A stretch of 60,547 bases of DNA, filler included, from Sluysia triapertura (Eukaryota): the NCBI GenBank assembly GCA_046118255.1. It is 5 parts of 5 records of this genome, joined end to end, with 100 filler letters (N's around TTAATTAATTAA, not from the genome) between each part and the next. Parts side by side here need not be neighbours in the genome. Positions count along the whole stretch, not along the records: positions 36,082 to 47,737 come from JBJNIA010182380.1; positions 47,838 to 60,547 come from JBJNIA010088020.1; 3 more parts are not named here. One strand, given 5' to 3'. Below the pieces are notes generated by a model. The model worked only from the letters and a program-made list of their open reading frames with translations. It had not been told where the DNA came from and did no database searches. Each line of letters begins with the position of its first letter. Position 1 is the stretch's first letter. The translations under genes and the position numbers were made by a program. Below, piece after piece: positions 37,701-50,900 of the stretch.

Positions 37701-40172
37701 TTAATAATAATGAATTAAGTTCATCTTTATTTGCAACATAAAACACAAACAAAAATAAACACGAAATAAAATAGACAACAATGTTATTAAATACTGTCAT
37801 CGTTTTTGTGTATCTTAGATGCACTAGTTCATACACTTCTATAAAACATACCATCCAACCCGTATAGGGAACGGTAAAGTGTTCAATAATTCTCTGCTCC
37901 GGAGATGTTAACTTCTTGTGAAAGTCACATAAATACTAAGAACATACTTTAAAATGAAGCATATCTTAAAAATGATCTATGATAAGTATTCTTACTACAA
38001 TCACCTACTAATGGGTAGCTACTTGAAAATGTCGTATTTTAATTATAAAAATTATTTTTAATTTTGTCGGAATCAACTGCAAAATTGACAAAATCTTTTA
38101 ATTACGCATTATTATTATTATTAATTTATTATAATGTGAATTGAAGTGTCCAAATATTACTACAGTTTATTTAATAATAAACTTTATTATTACGTATTCA
38201 TTATTTGATCTTACAACACATCCATTATTACAGTTAACCGTTTGAATATTTACGTTATTATATCTTAAAACTTTCATTAATTGACATTTGTTATTGTAAA
38301 CACTAAAATAAGAACACTTTAAAGGCAATCACAAAGAAACAAAATATAAGTTGTCTATGAATAGAACATAGAATGTTAAGGGTTAAAACAATCAAAGCTT
38401 CTTATCAATATAACATAAAAATAATTAAATGCAATTGAACATCCGAACCTTGTAAAAAACATGTATGACAAATATTTATAACATTAATTTGATTTTCCAT
38501 AAATTTTACTGATTATTTCTAAGTCAAAAATCAAAAAAATATCAGTTATCTTAAAATAGTGGGCTGAAAAGAAAATGAATCTTACTGAATTATTATAATT
38601 TTAAAATCAAGATTTGAGTTTATACTGTATACTACCTATTTCTGCATGATTTAGTGGAAAATGAGACGATAAATTAATTGTTTGTTATAGTGTAAATTAA
38701 ATATACTATCATCATAAAATGTAAATTATATACTAAATATTTTCACTATATAGGAACGCTTTTTCTCAAAAAAATAAGACATGGATAAATCAAAAATTTC
38801 CAAAAAAAGCAATATCGAAATTTAAATTTAAGAAATATGGAAAGTGCAAAACATTCAAAATTTATTAGTAAATGAATTCATTTTTCTTAATTAATTAATT
38901 ATTTATATCTATGTATTACATTATTGCTAAAAAGAGGTTGAATTAATCGGACCAATGATAATTTTATCTTTATTAGGTTTGTATTAAACCGAGGACTAAA
39001 ACACTCTAATTGTAAACAAAATCGCAAGCAAACATCAACACAAAATAACACATTCCTTACAAATAAGATCCTAAACAAACTCCAACGCAATCTTACACAA
39101 AATATCAAACAATATACATAAATCATAAACACAAATTTTATAATGTCACATTCTTTAAAATCTTAACTTCTAGTTAAAATTCTTTGTACTCATTATTGTT
39201 TGAAATACTGTCGTTATTTATTTATTTTTATTTCATTGATAACATTGATATGCGATCAAACATTTATATTTACAGATGATAAGAAATTGTACCTTATGCA
39301 TCATCATTATTATTTTTTTATTATTATCATTATTGTGTAATTAGATTAATTTTTGTCGACAAAGATTTCAATATTTTATGATTTATTAGGATTTCCTATG
39401 TAATACGTACATAAATAATAAATAATGAAACCGTAAAATATTTTAACGTAAATGAAGTTAAATTACAATATAAATATTAGGTAAACATAAATGTACATAT
39501 GGTTAACAGATGTTAAGTTTTAAATGCGAATTAATTATATGGTATGAAACAATTTCTTAATTTCATTCGTTTTTACAAAAATAAAATATTATTATTATTA
39601 TTATAAATTTGAACATGTAGTACGAAAACTAAAAATAATACTAATAATTTTAATAATTTAAGATCAAAAATATTTCTTAATTCTATGTAATTTCTAAAAT
39701 AAATACTATTTCATTTTTTCAATAATACACTTGTGTATTTGGTTACATTATTAGACTTACAAAGCGTTCTTTCAAATGAGAAATTAGGGAAAGTGAATTT
39801 AGTGAAGCAAATATTATTGAAATAATGTCAAGAAAATTTTGTAGTTCTTTTTCAGAAAACCTATTATAATAATTATTTTTATTAATATTATTATTTTATT
39901 ATTTCATTAATTTATTAATGTTTTTAAAAAAATCAATATCATCTCAAGAATTGCTACCGGTAGTAAGGATTTGGTAATAATTAAATAAAATTACTTAGAC
40001 AGGAAATTAAAAAATGATGTTCTGTTACTTGATAACTTACGAATCTATAACCAATGAATTTGAAAATAAAAAGAAATGGTAATCCAACATTTTATGATTA
40101 TTTCTCAAAATCAAAGAATTTGAAACTATCATTTTATGATTAACATGAAATAACGCAGCACTTTGAACTTTA

Positions 40173-40800
40173 ATGTTAGTTAAAGTCCCTATTGAAGTTT
40201 ATTTTGAAATATTTCACTATTTGGACATTCACAATTTGTCTTATTTACGTGATCAATTTAAGACTTACAATGATACTGTAAATAATTATTTGATTAATTC
40301 TCTCAACAAACCTCATGAGAAACGTCATGAAAATTCCTCAATTTCCATACTATTCAATTATTTTACAGATTATTATTTATTTTACAGATTATTATTTAAT
40401 TTACAGATTATTATTTAATACTTCAGTTTGGAATTGAGATTTAGGCTTAATAAAGCTTAAATGAGTTAGATATTATGTTTGATTCTATCTCGTATAAACT
40501 TTGGTCTATCCCTTCAAAAATAATTATATTATTATATTATGATTATTTTCATTAAAAGTACTGTATCGACAAGTTACATATTTTGTATGTACACAATACG
40601 GTTAGTTTGCAATTCTCTTCAATGTCGAAAATATGCTTTTATGCATATATTATTTTCCTTCAAATTTATAATAATCAGAAAATTTTCTGCAAGACCATTT
40701 CGGAAATTTACATATGTCACGCAAGCACAATTCTTAAATAAACATTTAGTCAAAAAAATTGGACACGATATTATCAAAATCTCAACATTATTTCAAGTTT
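40173..40800 (+). pseudogene. Intronless F-box protein relic
   Basis: MLVKVPIEVYFEIFHYLDIHNLSYLR fits the F-box consensus LxxLPxEIxxxIFxYL; frames break downstream. Confidence 0.6.
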
Positions 40801-41109
40801 AACTTTATTTGTATTTATCTAGTTGTCGTAAATGATTGTTTACTAAATAATGATAAACTATAAAAACTAATACATATACCGCGTATTAAATTGTATTAAA
40901 TTTTAATTTGAACCTATTATATATAGGCAATTTAATTAACACAATTAATTTATTTAGGTTTAATAAAATTCTAAAATTTTGCAAACTAATAATGTAATTG
41001 TAGTTAACTATGTCAATATTATCCTGATTAATTCCAGCATACATATAAAAACAAACACGAAATTGATTTATTTTATTTAAATTTTTTTAAGTAACTTGCA
41101 TTTTCTGAA

Positions 41110-42110
41110 GCTTACCTCGACGAGACTAAGATTGAGATTCTAAAAAAGAATAAAAAATATAAATATATAATTCGATTTATACAGAAATAAGTTAAATTAA
41201 AATTCAGAATTACTTTTAAGTTCTCCTTGTTCCTCGAGTCTAATGATGTTGATGTCAAGCTTGATAATAAAGTACTGATCCTACCATGGTGATCACTGAG
41301 ATTCGATGTTAAACCAAACATATCCATGATTTCAAAAGCTTGATGACCATATATACAATTTCTACCATAACGGTAACATTCACCATTCTGTATTATTCCG
41401 TAAAAGCAATGCCATGTTTGTAATATTTGTCTTGATTGACGTAAGGTTGTGACTTTATACGAGATGTGATGCTACTTTAATAACGTTTCAAAAGGCCAAT
41501 CCTTGCTTTTACTTTTGACTAGTTTTTTATTGATATTGTTTTATTTGTGATCACGTATGAGTCGACATCAATAGAGACATCTATACTTTTATTTATCTTC
41601 ATCACAATATAGATTAAATCATATTGTTTAATTTGAGGTGCATGAAATAGTTCAGTCAATTTTCTTATATTAACATGTTTTACAACTTGCTTGTCTACTA
41701 ATCTATAAGTATTAATATTAAAAAGCAAAAATTTCTTAACAGACAATGTTTTTAGTTCATTTTCTGAACATTGACTATATCTCATATTCGAAGATGAAAT
41801 TAAATAATAGAGATAAGACTACAATCAATATCAGTTGAATGAGTTATAATTTTGTATAGATATTTTTATGATGATCATAATTGTTAACAAATTTTGTTTG
41901 TATCGAATTCGTTACATCGTTTAACAAAGAAATTTCGTTAGATTCGTTTTCCAGATTATCTTTTACTTGATCAATATTGACGGAACAGACAAAATAACCA
42001 TTTTTGAGATTATGTTTTTTAATAAAGTTAAATACTGAAGTTGTATCAAAATAACTAAATAACATATAGAACGGGAAACTAATTGTGTTTTCTGTATTCA
42101 TCATTGGACG
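41110..42110 (-). pseudogene. Intronless decayed CCCH zinc-finger gene (cargo of copy E)
   Basis: Collinear ORFs 41844-42104, 41519-41785 and 41112-41327; QTWHCFYGIIQNGECYRYGRNCIYGH (C-x9-C-x6-C-x3-H). Confidence 0.7.
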
Positions 42111-42300
42111 TCAACATTTAAATATTAAAAATGATAATAATTTTTAGTTAATACTTTTTAGAATGATTTTTTGTCTCCGTGAAATTATAAATTTGTTTTT
42201 ACGATAGCGATAAAAATGACACTCTTAATATTCTGCTGAAAAATAGTAATAGGTCAACGATGTGATGTAAATGTATTAACACACACTGGTTGTACTATGA

Positions 42301-42503
42301 TGATTGGACTTCCAATCCTAATTAGTGATAAAAATACAAAAGTAGAATTGATTGGAAATGATTGGACGTCCACACTTGAATGGTGATGATATTAATAGAA
42401 ATGAAATTGATTGGAAGTCCAATTTTGAGACAACAATTTAATAATATTTACTGACAATGTCAGTACTAATCAAAAAGAATTACAAAGCTGTCAAGGATGA
42501 CAG
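42301..42503. promoter_or_regulatory. Palindromic module of copy E
   Basis: TGATTGGACTTCCAATC 42301, GATTGGACGTCCAC 42360, GATTGGAAGTCCAAT ~42409, TACTGACAATGTCAGTA ~42450, CTGTCAAGGATGACAG 42488-42503. Confidence 0.6.
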
Positions 42504-45500
42504 TGGTAGTAACCACAAAATAACGATTTTAATTAAAAATATTATAATATTATAATTATAATATTATTATAATTATTATTATAATTATAATAAATAAACG
42601 AAATAATGATTATAATAAAGTAAAATATATTTAATAAAAACACAAATCTTTTCTCTTTCTGTCAACATAATCTGTCTTTAAATGACTTTCTCTTCTTAAC
42701 ATATTATTTCTGATTATGTCTAAATGGTTTCAAGATGTTAATTTAATGTTTTCAGTGATATTGGAGATTGAATTGATTTGAAGATGTCTATTCGTCGATT
42801 TAGGATGTAGTTGTGATTCTATTGTTATAAGGTAATGAGTAAATGTTTTAAATGACGTTTAAATAGACACTGATGGTTTTGGATGTAATTATGATTTGTA
42901 AGCTTGTGAATTGTAGATTGATGGTTTTAAATGTAATTGTAATTCTGATATTATGAATTATGGGTTGAAATGTTTTAAGTAAAATTTAATGTGTGTTAAT
43001 GGTTTTGGATGTCGAAGTCATTTTGGTGCAATAAAATTGTAACTTAAAATGTATTAAAATGAGAATTGTTCTAGTGGATCTGAAGAAATAAAATATGAAA
43101 AAGGTTTTGATACAAAAATTGGTAAATGTTATAGAATATGCAATATCTGGAATTAAATTTAAAATGTTTTAAATTAATTTTTATGTATGTGACTGATGGC
43201 TTTCGATGTCGAATATGATTTTGCTGTTGTGAAATTTTGTGTTTAAAATGTTTGATAGCAATGACAATTGTGAACATTCTGAAAAAATGATTTTATTGTG
43301 CATTGATGAAATAAAATTCTTAAAGTATTTGGTTGACCACGACACCGCGAACAGTTTTTGAATCAGAATTTTTTTCAACTAACCTAATAAATAATTTAAT
43401 AAAATGAGTAATTATTGTTAAATTCAAAGTCATTTCTCGAATGAGTTTATTTAAACTTTCCACAAATGCATAATTATGATATATCGCTTTACAAATCTAA
43501 TTAAGTACCTATAATTTATGCTTTGTTTTATTTAGTTATTTATTTAGTTATTAATAGTTACATATTAGGTATTTAACATTTATTTGAGAAATTACTTTTG
43601 AAAAGAATACATTTACTTGTTAGTAGTGATCGGTTATCAATACAAAAAAGAATTAAAGTAAATTAATACTAACATAAATTGAATTAACTAATCTTAATCG
43701 AACATTAACGTAAAATGAAAATAAATTCCACTTAAATATATAGATTTATTAATTGAAATTAGTTATAAAACTTATCTTTGACTGCTCAGAATTAATAATT
43801 TAATAACTTTAACTTTCTATTAGCAAAACTTTAAAACTCTTAGCTATTTAAATCTTCAAAAATGCATGTATTCTGAAATATTAAATCAAAATATTTATAA
43901 ACAAACAGTTTCACAATGGGTTTTCAAAATTGTATCAACTAAATAGTCAAGTATCTTATGTCGTACCGGTAAGTCATATTTAACTCATATTCAAGTAATG
44001 AAGGTTTATTGACACAACAATAAGTTTATACAAATTGTGAGAACAATACATGTGCAATGTATATAATATATGTGAACACAAAATCAAATTACTAAATTAA
44101 ATAAAGAAAAAATTAAATTAAGTGGAAATAAATTAAGTTGTAAATTAAATTAAATTAATAAATTAAAATGCAAAAAATAATTATTATCAAACATATTACT
44201 ATTAAACATTATCAGAAAAAATAATAACCAATAAAAAATTAGTCAGTAAATAGAGTTATTTATACAATATATTTTAGAAGTCTATTCGAGAATTTAAAAA
44301 AGCAACAATAATTACAGAGAAAAACACTAAAATTTCTATTTAAAAATCAGTAATCATCATTTTAAATTCATCAAAAGAAAACTGCATGTATATATAAAAT
44401 ACTATTTTTATTTATTTTTTAATATTAAATATAATATTAAAAATAAAAATAATTTTATTTATTAATATTAAATTATTGATACAAAAATCATCAAGTGAAT
44501 CATTTATGTAATAAAAAACTTACTAAATATGATAAAGACAAAAATTAAAAGACCTTCTACCTGCTATATATAATTGAAAGATAAAGATAAAGTCCTTTAG
44601 GTAAGCCAAACATTGTTTGTAAGTCTTTCACTATAGGCAAACCAATTTATAAATTGGCTTCTTTACATAAACAGCCTAATTATGCAAAAAGGCAACACAA
44701 TTTTATTCAACAGATTTTACGGAATTCTAATACATGAACTCTTAATTTAAATTTATTCAGTCAATGAGCATGCATTAACATTTTTTTCTGTGTAACTTCC
44801 CACCTATTATTTCAATTTAAGATTTCAAACCAGTTATAATTCGTAACTTAAAAATTTATGACAGCATATAATTTTAATACCAGATCTCTAAACTTATGAA
44901 CATCGACGTAAAATTATTGAACTTTCGATTTAGAAATACTTTGAAACTGTTTATAAATTCGTATACAATTTTAATATTTCTTACAAATATCGTCATTTTT
45001 GTAATTTTGTGCTTAACCTTTATTTAACATTTAAATTAATGGTCAAAATATGCGAATGTTTTAAAATCTTTTATGAATATTTTAATGATGAAAAATAGTT
45101 TAAGTAGTTGAGTTTAAAAAATCGGTTTACAGCAAACTTTGCGGTTTTTATGAAGGTTAATGCACTACGTCATATAGTTCTTTTCTTATTTATTTCTAAA
45201 ATATCTTTCTTGTGGTTAATCTTTCAATATCATTAATTATATAACCGATTTCATTTGTATAAATAAGACTCGGTTTTTGTTATTATTCGGCCAATTCCTT
45301 ATTTATAACATTTAATTTTATTTTTTAGCTTTGGTCATATAATTTATCTATTTACATTCGTTTTGTGTTAGCTTGTATTCATTTGTATACATAACTATTT
45401 GTTTATCGTTCATTCCGTAAGTCTTTCTTTGTTCATTAACTGTGGCACATTTCCACCTGTTTTCTAAAACCTACTTTGTTGACTCATTTTTTTCAAGGCG

Positions 45501-45858
45501 TTTCTTGCTGCTCGTTAAGGAATTTTGTTCTCATTTAATTTCTAGACTTATCAGAATATTATTTTAAAAGCATTGAATAAAAGAGTAAGTTTCAATTTAA
45601 TTTATATTTTAAATTGTATTTTAGATCAGGTCTCAAATTATAATTAATTCGGTTGCATTACTTCAATGATTATTAAAATGAAAATGAAATAATTTAACAG
45701 TATAAATGCATAAATATTTCCATACAAAAATTAATTTACATACGATATTATCTAAAATGCATTTACAATTTATTTTACTAACATAAAGCAATAATATTAC
45801 AAAATAATTATACTACATTTAAATTCTTAATTTCTACTCTAAATAAACCAGCACTAAT

Positions 45859-46027
45859 TGCACCTATTCCTCGCTTTACACGGTTAAGAAAACTTTAAAA
45901 TAAAATATTGAAAATTTGTTCCTTTTGATTATAGGCAGTTTATTTTCAATATTTAATTTTAAATTTTTTGAACCGTGTAAAAGTAAAAAATGTGTAAAAA
46001 AACCGTTCAAAACGATGGATAGGTGTA
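45859..46027. mobile_element. Tc1/pogo-type MITE
   Basis: Imperfect TIRs CACCTATTCCTCGCTTTACACGG / CCGTTCAAAACGATGGATAGGTG plus internal inverted repeats. Confidence 0.6.
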
Positions 46028-47737
46028 TGTCACTATTAGTGTATATAAAGTTATGTTTAATTAGAAATATTAAATATTTCTAATACACTAAACTACGATA
46101 TAAAAATGAGACAATTTACGTGAACATTAACAACAATTAACAAACTACATAAAACTCGAAATAAAATCACAATATATCGTAAAACTAAAATATATAATTT
46201 CTATTATATATTAATCTAGAAAAATATCATTAATCTTAATACATCTTAAACAGGGAAATGACAAACGAGAGAAAGCAAAAATACAAGCTCAGAACAAACA
46301 AGCCACACTTTGTGTTAGCAAAACAAAAGATCATTTGTTAAATACCTGAAAGATTACTAATAAATAACTAAAAATTAAATTTACAAGGTCATCAAATAGT
46401 ATAGTAGAAAATTAAATAACATATTGATTAACTTGACGATATATATAAAGATATAATATAAAATGAAATTAACTAATTACGGAAAGAAATTAACGAAATT
46501 ATATTTTAAATTATAGGCAAAAATTAACTACTGATTAGTTATTATTATAAGATGAAATTGGAAAATTAATCACCTAAAATATAGCTATAGAAATAACAAA
46601 ATAAAAACACAACACTAAAAGCAAGTAAAATATAATTTATTCATTTGGTAATATTTGAATAATTGAATATTTGGATCGATTAAACAATAGTCATATGTAT
46701 TGCACACTTTTCTCGCAGCTTTCGGCACCCAATTTTTATGAAACCATTTTAAGTTTAGAAGTCATTAAAGATAAATAAGGTATATATAGGTAGTAATGAC
46801 TTTTATTTGAAGAAATGTGAAATGCGTAAACGTGTTTTCAAATAAATAGTTTAAATTTAATGACATGGGACCAGTTAAAACAATGAAAAGCAATATTCTG
46901 AACGTGATTTGCCATATCGTATTCTGAGTTATTGCAAAAACAGACTATTTACGTTCAAGAAATTATCAACTTCGAATAAACGATCTACATAAGAATGGAT
47001 ACAAAATTTATTTTTATTTTTTAATGCCTAATGCCACTTTTGCTAGGTTTAGTATCATGTTTTCAAAAAATAAGTAAGATACATTACTGATTTTTGTTCA
47101 ACTTTTAACTTTAGCTACACTTAAAAAATATGCCATCCTGTTAACCATAAAATAAATTCCTATTGTTTACCTTCGTTTTAATAATGAGAATTCAAATATC
47201 TAATTTTCATGCTTAATTTTGTTCCACTTCTTACTATAAACCATAACTCCTTTTCGGAAAATCACTGGATCACGCAAATTTTCATGAATTGAACAAATTA
47301 ATTTATACGAAATCCTTGCAATAGAATGGAAGCCGCATCAATTAACTCGCTTAATTTGTGAATAGTCTTCAAATTAAATTGTGTGAAGTTGAAGTTAACG
47401 CAACTCTCAGACTAGATTATCGGATGTTTTATAGATTTTATGAATTATTTGTGACTTCTACTTTTAATAAGCATTTACAACTATCAAACTATTACAAATT
47501 CGGTATATTTTCATTTTATATAACTTAAACAATTAACAGGTCTATTAAATTATTTTTGATATCTAAATAATAAATTAAAACTTTAATGTTCTATTAAAAC
47601 TGAAAAGATACATCGATAAAATAAAAACAAACGCCAGTTCCGGACTTTAAAGATCAAATAACTAACGTTCAATTTAATTTGTTCCAACTAAAGTAAATAA
47701 TTCAAAATTTAATTGATATTCTATAACTAATGTAATA

Positions 47738-47837
47738 NNNNNNNNNNNNNNNNNNNNNNNNNNNNNNNNNNNNNNNNNNNNTTAATTAATTAANNNNNNN
47801 NNNNNNNNNNNNNNNNNNNNNNNNNNNNNNNNNNNNN
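47738..47837. other. Artificial scaffold linker
   Basis: 44N-TTAATTAATTAA-44N. Confidence 0.97.
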
Positions 47838-47848
47838 TATTATTATTA

Positions 47849-47912
<64 letters not shown>
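47838..47912. repeat. (TAT)n microsatellite
   Basis: Triplet run at segment start. Confidence 0.95.
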
Positions 47913-47913
<1 letters not shown>

Positions 47914-50900
47914 TGTGGCCTTGTGTGTCATAAACAACCGGATATATAAAGTTGAGAAATATAAAAAGAAAAAGGAAGTTGAATTTTTAGTTTCAGGAAA
48001 TTAAATTCAATAGAACATATAAGGGAAAATCATTAAAAGTATCTGTAATATTTTTTTTTGGTACTGTTTAACATTCATACAAATTTCAATATTTATAAGG
48101 CTAATTATAAATGACAAATTTATGTTGCAATGTTAAAATAAAACAAAGTAATAAAAAAATTATGCATTATATATTAATTATTAATAATAAAAAATTATAA
48201 CATATACGAAAGTAAATTCTTTTAAATTGAAACTATTAAAATAATACTTTTTTAAATACAAAAGTACCATACACTTAATTTTTTATTTCTCATTAACAAG
48301 TCATAAAATTCTATAAAATTGTACTAAGATAAATACAGCACGTTTTGCATTGAAGATATGGACACTTTTTATTTAATACTGAATATTTATCATCAACTGT
48401 GCTACAAAATGGATTAATCAATGGGCTATCCAAATACAGAGAATTAAATAATTTATTTGTCATAATCACTATACAACAAAGAGAAAATATTGGAATATCA
48501 TTACGGAACTCCGTATTTATTTGACAAATGACAAAAGTAGTTAATGTAATTAACTGATGCTGATAAAATTATCCACTTAGGTAATTGTTGTTTGTGCTGC
48601 TGCTGCCGATTGTGCTTCTGGTAACAAGGAAAATGACAATAAATGTTGTTGAATAGGGCCACAAGCATATCAGTGATAAATCAGGAAAAACAAACATGCT
48701 ATAAACATATACTGAAATTGATGAAAGTGAAAGTATAGAAAGAATGAAACTAAATCACAGGCATACAATTAAATTGGTGAAAGGGATTTGTTAATAAGTA
48801 AAGAAACGAGAGTATGAAAATAAAGAAGGAAAGATAAAAAAATAGAAGAGAAAAAACTTTGAATATAAAATGAAAAGAAGAAGGAAATGGAAATGAATAA
48901 GAATTTGTGGAAGAGAATATCAGTTGTCGTATAATAGATTAATTATTTATAAAGACTTAATTCCCAAAAACAAAAGATTAAAGATTCAAATCCCCCAAGA
49001 TAGATGGCAAACAAACGCGTTAATTATGTCACACAATGATCGAAGATCGGCATAATACATCAATATTATTTGTGAGATATCAGTCCCGTCTAATAATTTT
49101 ATTTTATTACAGTCAATTATACTATTATTATTCTAAATGACACTTTAGGCTTGTATGTCAACAATTACTTTATGGACTGTAAAATAAACGTTTTCGAAAA
49201 TGATTATAATAATTAAATTAAAAACAAAATAAAATTTTAAATTATAAAATATGAAAGCTAAACAAATAAATAAAATAAAATTTAAAAAATAATAAATTTA
49301 AATAATTTATTCAAAAAATAATTAAATAATAATAAACAATTATTCTAAACATTGTTTTAATTTATATTCATAATAACAAATAACATTTAATATTTGTCTT
49401 TGAGACAGTAAGAAAAAATATGAATTAATTAAAACATTTTTTGAAATCAATAAAAGTTAAATAGTAAAATCAAATATTCAAATAATTGGAATTTTTAAAT
49501 AAAACCTCTGAGTATATATTGAAAAAAACATTTCTTTAATGTATTGAAATAATAATTATTATTATCATTATTATTATTAAAACAATGTCATATAATTGTT
49601 ATTTATTTTAAATTTTTTTGTTTACTTTTTTATGTTTAAATTTAAGTTTTTTAATATGTAATTTAAACATTTACTTTTACTAAATTTTATTTTAAACAGT
49701 TTTGTTTTGAAAGTTTTACTTTATTTTTATTTAAATAAAAATAAATGTTTTGTTTCTTCATTTACTTTACAAGTAATTTTTTATTTTCTTTATTGAAATA
49801 TTTCTGTATTGCTTTCTTACACTAATCATTGTTTATGCAAAAAGTATCATTTTTCATATTAAAATATACAATTAATCAAAGTGTAAACAAAGTGTAAAGT
49901 TTGTGCATCAATTATATACAGAAATATTTTTACAGAAATTATTAAAAATGTGATTTTGCCATATAAATTTATTTTATAAAACTTTAAAAAATTTTAATTT
50001 AAATTCTAAAATTAATCTTTTAAAACGATGTATAAATTCAATTTAGATTAGTAATAAATAAATATATAGATTTTTCAAGAAATAAAAAATTGAAATCGAA
50101 TTGTATTTAACCTGTAAAAACTTAATTTTTGATCATTTAAAATCTTAATTCAATAAATGTTAATTAGTATTAGACTGTTATTTCAACTGCCATAATAAAA
50201 TTTAAAAATATCTTTAGAAAATTTAATTATTTATCGAAAATAAAAAATTTAGAATCATTATACTGGATTGTAAACATATAATAAATTAAAATATAATAAA
50301 TTAAAAATAAAAAAGGGAAACAATAAAACAAATATATCAAGTAATTTCATTAAATTTCGTTTTTATTGTCTTACAATATATTTTTTAACTTTAAATGCTC
50401 GAAGATGAGTCAGTTTAACAAAAAATGTGACGCAAAATTACAGTGTAAATGTAAGTTACTAATTTATAACATTTAAAAGACTATTCTAAGGCAAAATTTG
50501 TTAATAATTTCTTTTAATAATTTTGTGAAATTATTCATTAATTTAAATCAATAAATACTGAAACATATTTTATATATTATTCAATTGTGAAATCAATTTA
50601 ACTAAATATTTAATTTAATTAATTAAATTTAATTAAAAAAATATTAATTTAAAATATTGAAAGAAGGTATTTAAATTTAAATAAAATTTATAGTTTCTAA
50701 CTCTTTGAGACACTGTGGCATTAAAAGTGTCCCACATGTGCATTACCCTATGACAAAAAACATAGTTAAATTATAATTTCTTAAATTATTATATTATGTA
50801 TTTCCTTTATTAATAAAGATAAATTAACTTTGTTCATTTTAAAGAGAAACAAAATTTCTATGCTTCAAAGTGTTTAAACTTTATGATGCTGTTTTAGTAC

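Larger units (their letters stand above)
41110..43344 (-). mobile_element. TGT-terminated cargo element, copy E
   Basis: Minus strand starts TGTCGTGGTCAACCAAATACTTTAAGAATTTT at 43344, then ~700-bp C/A-rich arm with degenerate internal repeats, AT spacer, palindromic module and CCCH cargo. Confidence 0.7.
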
